DNA of 64,000 bases from Lingula anatina (Eukaryota; Animalia; Brachiopoda): NCBI GenBank assembly GCA_051362555.1, contig CM120641.1:26046401-26110400 (forward strand), given 5' to 3'. The translations under genes and the position numbers were made by a program. The notes below the pieces were generated by a model. The model worked only from the letters and a program-made list of their open reading frames with translations, made no database searches and was not told the DNA's origin. Shown here piece by piece: positions 1-15,140 of the stretch (its first letter is position 1; every line of letters starts with the position of its first letter).

Positions 1-1488
1 ATAAAAGATAGTGAAATTTTTATGACACCTTTTCAGGTGCACCACAGAAAATCCTCATATTGTGTTTTAAAGTGTTAATAAGTAAAACTACAAATTACTC
101 ATCATAACATTTACCATTACTGGTGCCAAAAATAGCACTGTAGGCCATGTCATCATGAGAAATACGGGAAATTGGATTAATAGCATTGCCATGCATTTCA
201 CAGCGAAGAACTTATTACTTATTTTCACTTATTATGTTTTGCATTAAAACATAAATGACAAATGGTCGTTTGCTTGGACATGTGACCAGATGCAAAGCCG
301 TGTTAAGTGATAGTGTTATGTGTTATCTGGAACTACGTGTACTCTTGACTCGACCACTGCACACACTAATCATTAACAACAAGGGGCATATTTTTAATCT
401 GGGAATTACAATTGCAGTGTACATATTATAATGTGCTGTGAAGAGTTCATTTCTGGCAACCATGCATGTCCTTGCGTTCAAAAAGATAAGTGAAACGTTG
501 ACCATTATCCCAGAATTCTAAAAACAATGTACTAATCATAAATTTTCAAAATTGGCACTATTTTAATGAGATATGCAGAAGAATATTAAAATAAAAGTTT
601 AATTACCCTCAAAATCACATTAACTATGGATGACAAGGTTAATTTCAATACCAGTTTATGACGTAACTACTGAACTGTGGGAACTGAATAGAGATTTGTC
701 CAAATTTCTTTATTTGAACAGACTGGCACAAATTTCAACCATTTATTCAGAGTAATATTCAGACTTATAGATTTCATCTTTTAACTAATTAATTTTGATT
801 TCAATGGTTAATCTCTTTAACCTATTTATTAGGCTAAGCAATGAGTGGGCTGGAAAGTATACGTAGTTTAGCGTGTCAGCAAATTCCAAGTGACCATTGG
901 GTTTAAAGTGTGAGCTCAAACTATTTAGTTCCTAGAGAGAGTATGTGCCCATAAGCCAGCTTAAAACAATTCTAACATGGGCCACAGACAATACAGAAAA
1001 CAAACACAACAACTAGCAATTACATTAAATGCACTAGACACAACTAAAAGCCAAATGGATATGGTGAACATGGTTAGTAATAAGTTAATAAAACCTTGTA
1101 TAAGTCGTTAGATAAACTTTGCCAAAACATGATTATTTGCTGGACCCCTTATTCTTTATATTACAACAATGTATATCATTTCTCTTTTCTGAATACTATC
1201 CTGAAAATATTATTTCCATGTTAGAATAAAAGCAGCTCTTAAACCCAAAATATTTTTCTGTGAAATATAAATATTTAGACACAAAGGTTATGAAATGTTA
1301 AATCAATTTCACTTTAAACTAAATCAAATAAAATACAATATAAATATGGAAATCCATGGAGAACCTTGACAACAAAATAATTTCTTTTCAAAGGCAATTT
1401 AAAACAAATTTTCTAATTGATGATAAAAAAGAAAATTTCTTTTGCATTAATTATACCACTAATTTTCAAAACACCAATGCATATATCA

Positions 1489-4496
<3,008 letters not shown>

Positions 4497-5099
4497 TCAG
4501 CTAATGATGTGAAATGGGAAATACATAAATTAAATGGGGTGGCAATTAATCTAGGACAATTAAGTGCCCTACTTTACTGCGTTTTGTTTTAACAGAAATA
4601 CATCGATCCGTATAAACCTATATCTAGCCCCAAATACCTGTGGATGTTTGTGGTCCCTTTAGCTCGTTCCTGATTACAAAGTGGGGGTCAACCGGCAAGT
4701 AGAGGATTATGTATTCACATATTCCTACAAAGGATGCCTTCCTCAACGGCTATTGTCCATGCATTATGAATAAAGTTTCGAATGTAATGTTCATATATCA
4801 AATCATAGAAGAAGCCTCTTTCTACTTCTATGATCAAATGCTTTCACAAAAATTATCATGATTGAAAGAAAATTTGTGTAATGGTCTGAAAAAACGTTAC
4901 TGTTTTACCAAAATTTAAGCACCGTCGCAATCCAATCGATCGAAACTACGGAAATGAACATATTTAATTTAGCGCAACTAACACAATTTACGGTTTTTGC
5001 TCGCTCTCGCCAAGATTTTCTTTTCTACATCCAGAATACACATTTAGATACCATAATCGTCATGTAAACAGAATTGACATTTTCAGAATTTGTCAAAAA

Positions 5100-5350
5100 T
5101 GTGCCAAGGAAGATGATCCAGTAATTAATTGATTAATTTACTTATTTATTTATCATGTAGCTACATATTTTGATCAATTTTCAGGGTAGATCACAAGGAA
5201 GAAATGATTAGAATTTGGTGACAATCCATCAATTGATAAATTAATTAATCAATTAATTAATCAATTAATCAATTGATTAATTAAATTTCAAGATTGGTCG
5301 CACATGGGCCAAGGAAAAAATGATAACATTTTGGTGATGACCGATTAATT
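5100..5350. repeat. Degenerate tandem subrepeats (caaggaa..atgat..ttttggtga plus aattaatc runs), possibly a Helentron/HINE-type remnant
   Basis: Three related units begin at about 5103, 5192 and 5308, each followed by AATTAATT/AATC-rich stretches. The family assignment is inference. Confidence 0.4.
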
Positions 5351-5703
5351 AAATAATGGTTCAAGATTAGTTAATTATTTATCTTATTTATTATTTTGTT
5401 TGACATTGCATACAAGTATAATCTTGATTATAATAGAGCCATACATTCATTCAAACATGACATATTTCTTATTAAATGACTCGTACTTGTGTAAATTTTA
5501 ATTTTGTTAATTGATGCATTTGGGTTTAAAAAACTTCTTTTGATATTTCGCAAGTTGTTTTGCTCTCTCTCACCAATTTTCTAGGATTTAAATTAGGACA
5601 GGTGCACCAAAATTTTTTGTTAATTGGCTTTATTGCACAATGGTTTCCTCAAATACATGTAGCACATCCTATTTTCGAAATGAGTCTTTTTTACCTTAAT
5701 TAA

Positions 5704-5804
5704 AGGGATAACAACTGTTTATTTTGGCCAAAAAATGAATTTTCCTGGGGTAAAGGACAATTTTCCCATACTTATCAATGCTTAAATTAGTCCCTTTTTT
5801 TCCT

Positions 5805-5836
<32 letters not shown>

Positions 5837-6031
5837 GTAATAAGCTCTTAAGAGATTATTACAGAGTGTAGCCATCTATGGAAGTCACGTGATGTGATGG
5901 CAAGCACAAAGTCCAAAATAATTCTGGCAACCGCCGTTTTGGGGGTAAAATAGAATTTATTGTATTTCTATGAGTTATTTACAATGTATTTATTGTAAAA
6001 TATGGATATCTTGCGAACGGTTGTTATCCCT
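5704..6031. mobile_element. TTAA-flanked MITE, copy 1 (Kolobok-like non-autonomous element)
   Basis: ttaa|AGGGATAACAACTGTT...AACGGTTGTTATCCCT|ttaa. Internal sequence is shared with the copies at 10162 and 19642. Confidence 0.75.
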
Positions 6032-6541
6032 TTAACGTGGTCGTTAGCCTGAATTATAATGGACTTTTACAGGTAACCACTGACCAAATACCGAACGCTA
6101 ATTGGCTGCAAGTATAATGGGTTAAATAATAAAATGTCTTGTTGGATTTCATAAGTGCGAACGAACAATAATAACATGATTAGACTCTCGATCACATGAG
6201 GCGTTTGATCTAAAGCTCCGGTGTAACAGGAATGGTGGTAAGTTCCCTATTATTTTGTATAGGCGACATTCGTCCCATATGCTGGTGGTAAGCAGTGGTA
6301 ACCCCCAATACTCCGACTAATCCTTACCTGTACAATGTACTATATGGGACCCCGTACTTCCATTCCTAGGACTACCATTCCTGACGAACCGACGCGTGTT
6401 CTACCAAAAACTAACTATGGCCTATTTGTGTACAAGTATACACACACACTAAGGCGTAGCAAGTGTGATGCATACGGTGCACGTATATAATACTAAAAAC
6501 TTCTAAATGAGAGAACAGTTTCATTAGCTCTGTTTGTATAA

Positions 6542-6652
6542 ATTCAAATTACTGTTTTTCTTTTTATCAAGAGCTTGTAGTCACAGAAATATTGGAGGTA
6601 ATACCCACATATTTTACAAGCTCTTGATAAAAAGAAAAACAGTAATTTGAAT
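6542..6652. repeat. Perfect 38-bp inverted repeat with a partly self-complementary 35-nt spacer
   Basis: 6542-6579 (attcaaattactgtttttctttttatcaagagcttgta) is the exact reverse complement of 6615-6652. Confidence 0.85.
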
Positions 6653-7333
6653 AAAAACTTCTAATTCTGACATACCTTTAGCAACACTACTGTGTTAGCT
6701 TCACGAATAATAGGCCTATCTACATGTAACACACTGCCAGTCATTTGGCGATCTTTGTCAAACCAAAGTCAAAAACAGCAAATGTTTTTACAAGGAAAAG
6801 CTTGGCTGCAACCGAAATGGATTTATTTCCAAATTTCGGTCTCCATGTTTTTTTTTTCTAAAATAAAGGCCTATCTAGTTTTCGTATACATACTAATCCT
6901 ACTTTACTTTAAATCTGTATATGATATATTGGCACGACATGAAGTCCAGACTATATTTTTATATAACTATTATCACCGTGTAGATAACAGACAGCGATAA
7001 GCTTTCCAGCCCTGGCGTAATTGTAACAAATCTGCGATTGTTGAATGATGAGTGAAGTATTTTAATATTTTAGACTTAAAAGTCTAACGATATGTGAAAC
7101 AAGCTCTTATGAATTGAGACCATTTCCAAATGAAAGTATATATTTTATGTCCGCACAAAGAACGTCTCACTGTTCTTAAGTTTCATGCATCCCTTCAGTG
7201 TTTTCACGCCTCCCCCCCTCCATAATAGAACCTATACAAGTGCGCTATTTAAATGTTTACGATTTCTCTTTTGATAACTACTCGTATATGCGTTGTCTAG
7301 TGTAAAGTTAAGCGAGTGTAGGCTATATTACAT

Positions 7334-10300
7334 TTAGTCTTTTTCCCTGGGTGAGAAGACTCCGTAGCGAATTGAATACGATAGGCAGAAAAGCAGAAAT
7401 GCCGTCGGGAACAAAAACCTTGAAATCTTGTCCACTCTTTTCGCTCTTTCTCTTCCTTGTGGGTCAACCTGCTCACATTCTTTTTTCGGAGTCACAGGCT
7501 GGATCTCTTCGACGTCTTCACAGCAGGTTTCGGTCTGAAAAAGAAAATTTGCATTAGAAGACACAAACATATTCTGCTCTTTATTCACAGCATTTAAGCT
7601 GAAAAATGATGTCGTTCTATTTGTTAAGACAAAATTTACTTAAGAACTAAAGTCTGATTAATTGACAGAACAGACCATACATAACACGAAAATTCAGGGC
7701 GCTCCTGCTCTGTATGTAAATGTCCCCGCAAGGGAGTACGAAAATTATCTTTACCTTCTTTTCCCTCGAAAAGCAAGAATTTCTCACAATGGTCTTTCTG
7801 GGACGATTCACTGCTGTTGGTACTCGTCGCCTGGAATACGTGTTCACCAATGAATATTCCAGTAAGGACCCGAACACAAAAAGCAAGCACGCTGCTAGCC
7901 AAACGTCAATGGCTTTGATGTAAGAAACCCTAGGCTGAGAAGCCCGTGCCGCTGTAGTCTGTGTGGTAATGGTCAGCACTGTTAGAAGTCCGATGGACAC
8001 CCTGGCCGGGCTAGCGTCAATGCTGATCCAGAATCCCACCCAGGACATGATGACGATGAGAGCTGATGGCACGTACGTCTGGACCACGTGGAAAAATCGA
8101 TCTCTTTTCAGATAGAAGTCGATCCGTAGGCATGGAAACTCTCCTGGAACGAGTTATTGACAGCGCTCGTTAAATTCGATACTGAATAGTGAATCGGAGG
8201 ACTTTTTTTTTGACACTTTACTTCGCAAAGACTGAACATTTATCTTAAACAAGACTGTAAACCATAAAAAGGACATGATTCTAGATGAGTTACTAAAATG
8301 CATTGATTTGTATTTTTTTTTCAAAAATGGTTGTATATTACAGCTCAACATACCCTGTCACACATTTTGTTCTTTCAATCTTTAAAAATAAGCCTTAACA
8401 GACCCACGAGAGTGTGTTATATTAGACATTTATATGAAATTTTTAATGGATACATATTAGAGTGCATGATTACCAACTCCATACGCAAACGCCGTTTTGT
8501 TACAAAATGAGTTTAACAAAGATGTAAATACGAATAATATACCGATACGCACGTCCGAGAAAAATGGGAGAATATTTAAAGGTTTTAACCTTAAAAACAA
8601 CTCATCTTGTCATTTGGCATTTATCAGCTCCCAATGGTTTTGAAAATATTCCATTTTTGAATGTTAAAAATAGCACGATCTGTCGTTCTGTGATTGATTG
8701 CAGAAGTGCGGCTTTGTGTTATCGTGCATAATGGCGAAGTTCAGCTCGGAGACTCCTTTGGCGATTTGTCTTATAAATAATTTACAGCATTTGATTCAAG
8801 TTCAAGAGCAATTGTTGAAAATGCTAGGACAATGCATTTAATGGAATATCACATTATATTAGGACCTGTTCAGAACCTGTTGATCAGCGGACTAACTAGT
8901 CCGCGGATCATATGTGGCGAGACCCACTCAAAAGCATGTCGAGATGTAATTGCCCTGGCCCTGCGGGCACGGTGTACGTGGGAGGCCAGAATCCAGTGTC
9001 AAGTGCGCGCCATATATGATCTGCGGACTAGTTAGTCAGTGGATCAACTGGTTCTGAATGGGCCTTTAGAATGCTTTACTTCCTCACGGCTTACCTGCAG
9101 TGTAATTTTGTGAGCAATCAGAAAAGTTAGTGTGATGCAGGGTGTATTCGGGCAATGACAGATTTGGATCCCTTTCAACAGCCTTTTCCATCCATACAAA
9201 ATGGAGGGTGTCCATGTTATTGCCAACTGAAAGGGATAATGACATAAAAGTAAACCAATTAGTTTTTTTTATCATATAGACATACTCCTATACGTAACAT
9301 AAGGGTTACAGATTAATGTTGCAGTAAATTATTATTGTAAAGACACATACATTTACAGTTGATAAGTTTCGGAGTATTTAAACAACGTGTTGAATAAAAA
9401 ATCTAGTCTGTCATGGCGACTTATTAAATTTGAAACGAAACTGCGCAGTTTTACATAAGATTTGGCCTCTCGCCAGAGCAAAAAAGAGATTTGTAAAATC
9501 CAATGTTAAGGGCTAGATGGAAGAAGGGAAACACAAGATAACGACCAATAGACGTCAAGTCTACTTTTAACACTATTACAAAAGCATGACTTTGACACTG
9601 ACTCAGAACAATAAGATGTGCAAAGAATTTTAGCCCCATGTAAAAAACGTGAAGCAGATTCCGCGTTACTGATGTTGAGATTCGAATGGGTGTGTGTGAC
9701 TGGGCATTGTTTATTGTTAACCATTGTTAATGATTTTTTTCATTGGCATAAAAAATCCATATAATGGTACTTACACCCATGTATAACTTAGTAAATAACC
9801 AAATAAATAAATACAACTACTACAGTTAATCGAGTGATTTGTTTATTTGCCTTAATTAATACAAATACTACAGACATTTGCTGTATAATATTAAACATCT
9901 CCCTAAATACCACATTCACTCGCACACTCATCTGCATACATACTTAATGACCTTTTTACGTGGTATCTCAGCCAGCAGCTTGTAAAAAAAAAAAAAAGAC
10001 GTGCTTGAAGCTATGGAATACTCACAACTTTCCATCATGAGTGGGCACTGCTGTGTGTCCAGAGGGTAGTCATACAAAGCCATGGTGCAATCTAACGTGG
10101 CGCTGATTCTGAAAGCATAACATTCATGTACGTGACGATCTAAAATAAGTTTGATCTTTAAAGGGATAACAACTGTTCATTTCAAAAATGAATTTTTCTG
10201 GGGTAAACGACAATTTTATACTTAATAACCAATGGTAAATGAATCCATTCTGTCATTCAAAGTTAGTCCATTGTTTTAAATTTGGTTTTTTGTAATAATC

Positions 10301-13300
10301 TCTTAAGAAATTAATGGAGGTAACTAGGTCCGATGGCAAGCACAGATTCCAGAATAATTGCTATAACCACTGTTTTGGTGATAAAAAAAGAATTTATTAT
10401 ATTTATAAGAGTTGTATACAATGTGTTTATTGAATATCATATGAAGAGGTGTTATCCCTTTAATCTCAACAAGAGTCTGGTGTTCTTGTCCGTTTTGAAA
10501 CTATTTTCCTCATCATACAAACTAAGTGCCACACCGTATACCAAACAACTGCCCCCCCCCCCCCGTCCCTTTTAGCAAAGTTCTAAATCTGCAAGTGTTA
10601 TGTTAAAGGATTTGCGACAGACCATTGGCTTGAATGGAGCATATTGTTCAGAAAACATGCCCAACTAGTAATTTCTTTATCAAAATACAGAAATCGGAAG
10701 TTCAGCAGAATGGTCATGAAGACGGCCTGTGGAAAACAAGTGTCATGCCAGTGCTACACATGTAGTAACCCACAGGGATTTCATGAAAAGACCCCTCGAG
10801 TGAGTCAATCATTTGAGCACTCAAGCAAATCACCATTAGTTCAATAAGGCACACAGATGTAATGTAGGTACAGCCGTCGATTGAAGATCCACACCGTCAT
10901 GAATTCTTGAACATGTCAGACATGGAGGTGTTTCACTTTTCCTCAGTATAAGGTCCTTTAGTCTAAATGACAGTCATATCAAGATGTGTGTGCTACTATT
11001 TTAAAAGAAAATTGAAATAATTAGTACTTACTTCAAAACGTACCAAACTTGTCCATTGGAGTAAAGGCGCATCAGTCTGTTTGGGATGGTGACGTGATGA
11101 AAATTTGCCTTCTTCTCGTTTCGAAAAAACACATCAGGAACCCAAATTTTCTCCCAGAAGTGTTCATCCATCTTTAACATTTGGCCGATGCCCAGATCTT
11201 CGTTCGGCTCGAATGCCAGTCTGGGATCAGTCCAGTTTTGACGAAGATAAATGTTGACAGAAAAATCCTGAAAGTATGCGCAGGGAGAGGCACCATCATT
11301 GGACCAATCACTCAGTCTATCTATTTGCAAAGCTATAAACCGATTCTTGTATGCCAACATATATCAAAACATGTTTTTGTCATATGTCTTTAATTAATCT
11401 CTTTTGGTATAAAAATATCAACAATGATATTAGCAATGATATGATTCATCAACACCTGCAGTTTCATCCTCATTTTGCATATATACATATCAAGAGATGT
11501 AAGGCGACCTTGGCGATATACGCTGCATTCGGTTTTAGGGGTGTTTCTCGGCGAAATGCGAGCTCTATCTCTCAGTATGTATGTCAGATAATACATTGTC
11601 ACCATTTCACGATGTATGCCTTGTTCTGACATTTGTCGCTCGGATGACAATGTATCATCTCACACGTAGGCCTATCTGGTGTTTTGAGACTACAGGAAAG
11701 CTATGCTTACCATTGCTTGTTCGCTGATGGAATAAAAGCTGTTTACGTATACACCCAGCTCGACCCTCGTCGACTCGTCTGAAACATATTGTTTGCAATC
11801 AATGGTTAAAGAGAAAGTTCATGGGATTTTCTGTCTTCATTCTCCCGGTTTTATTTCTATATATGTATTGGTGTTGCCAAGAAAACGTTGGAGAAATTAC
11901 AGATCACTGCTGATCCTTATATCCCCAGGGTTTGTTACTTGCAAAGTATTTGCAAGTCTATTGGTCGTCCGGCCAGATTCGGCCCAGGCAGGCAGTATAT
12001 GGTTGTGCGGGAAGTTTTTAGTAGAATTTAGAACTTTTGCTAAATAATTGAATTGTTACTGGTCCAGGAATTGGTAATAAAAATATGCCTGAAACCATAA
12101 CCCGGGTCTAGGACATATCATGCACCCTATAATACATTTCTAAGGGTCAGGCCTACTCCATGTCGCACTGCGACGATGATGGGTCCAAGCTGGGTTTCCA
12201 GCTAAGTCAAGCAAAACAGTCTTTAAAAATGTTAGCGAAGTAATCTTTTAGGGTTTGTTGGTCAATAAGTTAAGGTTTGCAGAACCCAAGGGAATTCACT
12301 GACGGCTATTTCTTCCTATGTCCTGCGTTTGATTTAAAAACCATTTGCTCCAATATCAAATTGCGCAGTGCTGCTAAATGCTACATTGTAGCAGGGGGCT
12401 TGCGTGCGATGTGAATTTTACTGGGCTTTTATCTGTATTATTTAAGGAAAGAAACATAATCAAGTCTGATTCGTTTAGATGCCATCTTTAGTTATAATTT
12501 CTACTATCTTGTGACTAACGAGAGAAGACCTAAACGGATTGCTGGAACACTTTATTTGCCGTTGGTGCGTAATGCAACTTTGGATAATTCTCCATGCAAT
12601 TTTTAAGGCACAATCAAGCTTTTATTAAGAGAGGCGTTCGTTATTCTAAAAAGAGATTTTTTTAATTTGACAGCTCTACCAATGGTTTAATTGCACTGTG
12701 TCTAAGTCTATCCTTTCTCACCAATTTGTACCGTATCACAAGCCTAGGCTATGTTTGCAACTACGATGAAATCATATATAATTTTCTGTGAAATTTCTTG
12801 AGCAACCTTTTTTTTCACTTGGGTTTTTGACCACCCACTTGGTCATAATCAACGACACTCAAATCCAAAGTCCTACAATGAGTTAAACCAACTTTTAATC
12901 ACCTTTACTATCGTTATGCCTCCTACAACCACCAAAGGGGGAAGGGAAGGGAAATGTTCCACGAGAATCCGAAACAATTTTGACAAACTCTGTGTCACAA
13001 TATAATCTTGCATTGCTGCATGATCACCGCAAGTCCACCAACGTATATTGCTACTGCCTACCGACTTGCGATTAGAAAACAAAATGTCAAAAAATTCACC
13101 GTGACAAAAGTGTGAAGGATACAGGCCCGTAAATCCGTACGGTTTCATATGGTGACCGTTTTCCTCCACGTGGCCATCCCATGGTTAATGTTACCAAGGC
13201 TAAAACCTTATCTTTACTGGTATATCTGAACTTTGAGAAAATACACGACCAGTCGATTTCCTGATTACGCAAAAGCTAAGATTTTATTAAATAAATAAAT

Positions 13301-15140
13301 GAATTCATTTTTTATCACTAGGACATTTAAATTACGTATATGGCAATAATATTGATGCAAGTATCGAAAACTCCATTAAGTATAGGAATCGATACTAATT
13401 AGATATACTATCTTAAGAAAAACGAATCTGGAATTGAGGGAGAGATGTTATCTTCGATACCGGCCCAATTAAATGTAAGTGTATTCATTGCACGCACATA
13501 ACTTTGTAAGTGAACGATTTTGGAATATTTCAGCTCTTTCTTCATAAAAAATAAAAGCGGGAGAGGCAAAATTCGGCCAAACTTAAAACAAGAATGATAT
13601 TTTTTCAAATGCAGTATATTGAAATCTTTATCTGAAAACTGCGGACTTTCTAATGCACTCATTTTATGAGATCTGTTAGAATTAGTGATATCTATTCACC
13701 ATGCCGTCATTGCTATTACATGTAATAACAGTCTTAACCATGCTAGGTTCCCCTAAATATTACTTTCTAGTCTCTATATTGATTTTTCAACAATTTTCAG
13801 GAAAAAGGGAAAATATATACCTGCTAACGGCGGTCGGAGTTTGTCATAACCTTCTAATACATCGTCTAAAAACTCTGATCTGTAAGATACAAAAAGAACC
13901 TGTCAGTGTGTATAATCAGTTCACAAGACACTGGTTTGGAAACTTCTTTAAAACAAATAAATAAATAAATAAATCTCATGAAAAAGCATGAACATGGGGA
14001 AAAAATCTTCACAACTAATAAAGCCGGACAATGAGATGCTGCTGTCACAAACGCGCCGAAGAAGAAAATTACTTTTCACCCGAACGCACAAGAACGATGT
14101 GAAATATGGGTACGACTTTATGTTCATGACAGCTTTTAAGATATGTCCAAGTTGGCGAAAACTGTCGATGATTTTACTTGAAGTTTTTAGGCACAAGGTC
14201 AAATAAGGTGAAACTTCATATTCACGGGACATCTCAATACAGATAAGGCCAATGATGGATGTGGCACGTTCTGATACCCAAGGGGTCAATAAGTCAACAG
14301 AGTGCTTTGCATGTTTAAATCCGTTTAAACAGAAATAAATAGATTAAATGCAAGAGTCAAGACCTGTGCGCTATGATGAAAGTAAAACAATACAAAGAAG
14401 AAATTTTAAATATACAGTTAAAATCTGCATTATGTTGCAGCCACTACAATTTATATACATGTGTATCATATATACATTTTGTAATTGTTTATCTCGGCTA
14501 CTTAACACGCGGATTCCATCAAGACCGGCATTCGCAAATCAAATAAATGACCGTACATTAACTGCACATAAAATTCAATCAATGTCGATTAATCTACATT
14601 AACAATATCAATATTGCTACTGATAAGGTTTTCGCCGAAAAGAAAACCTTATCCTAAAGATTAAAGCCGGGGAAAGGGAATGATACGGATCAATATAATG
14701 CGTAAAATTATAACATCTAGTTGATATGTATTGCTATGTGTTACTTAAGGATGCTGGGACCTTGGGTGTTTGTTTGAATATTTCTAACGCGTAGTACTAC
14801 GCGTGTTACATGTACACATGTATCCCTGATCCTTTTTTGGAGATAAGACACAGATAACTGCACTGTATACTGCTAAGCCTATACATCTGTGATTAAACAC
14901 ATAAATGAAATTAAGAGCTTATTTTCCAACAGAAACAAATAGGTATAGTTGACTCGAAAAGAGACCTTTAACTTTGCAACTGCACCACACCTACACCCAA
15001 TCAATATCAGCTTACTTTACCAAGTATGTGATAACAAAAGGAAATAAAGAGCACACTTACATAGTTTGGTTATTCCGAGGTTGCTTAATCCCAAATATTT
15101 CGCTGATGTATAGCAACGCCACAAAGATTAGGATCCTCAT
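7334..15140 (-). CDS. Cys-loop ligand-gated chloride channel subunit 1 (glycine receptor alpha/GluCl-like), about 415 aa
   Basis: Exons 15140-15061, 13879-13821, 11778-11711, 11267-11032, 10108-10026, 9226-9095, 8143-7755 and 7534-7334 (80/59/68/236/83/132/389/201 nt) splice in frame. Signal peptide MRILIFVALLYISEIFG; loop A WVPDVFFRNEK; Cys-loop CTMALYDYPLDTQQC; loop C disulfide CSQNYTAGEFPC; M2 PARVSIGLLTVLT; M3 KAIDVW; M4 DKISRFLFP. Confidence 0.93.
8861..9065. mobile_element. Hairpin MITE (about 58 bp imperfect TIRs) in an intron of channel 1
   Basis: ttcagaacctgttgatcagcggactaactagtccgcggatcatatgtggcg pairs with cgccatatatgatctgcggactagttagtcagtggatcaactggttctgaa. The TSD is unclear. 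Confidence 0.6.
10162..10459. mobile_element. TTAA-flanked MITE, copy 2 (intron of channel 1)
   Basis: ttaa|AGGGATAACAACTGTT...GTGTTATCCCT|ttaa, colinear with copies 1 and 3. Confidence 0.7.
11519..11622 (+). repeat. Dispersed repeat fragment shared with about 39706-39803
   Basis: tacgct...attcggttttagggg...gcgaaatgc...tgtatgtca.a.aataca.tg...gccttg occurs at both loci. Confidence 0.55.

Noticed and set aside
12873-13169. 98 aa ORF in intron 2 of channel 1
   Set aside because: No recognisable domain or splice support; possibly an old repeat.
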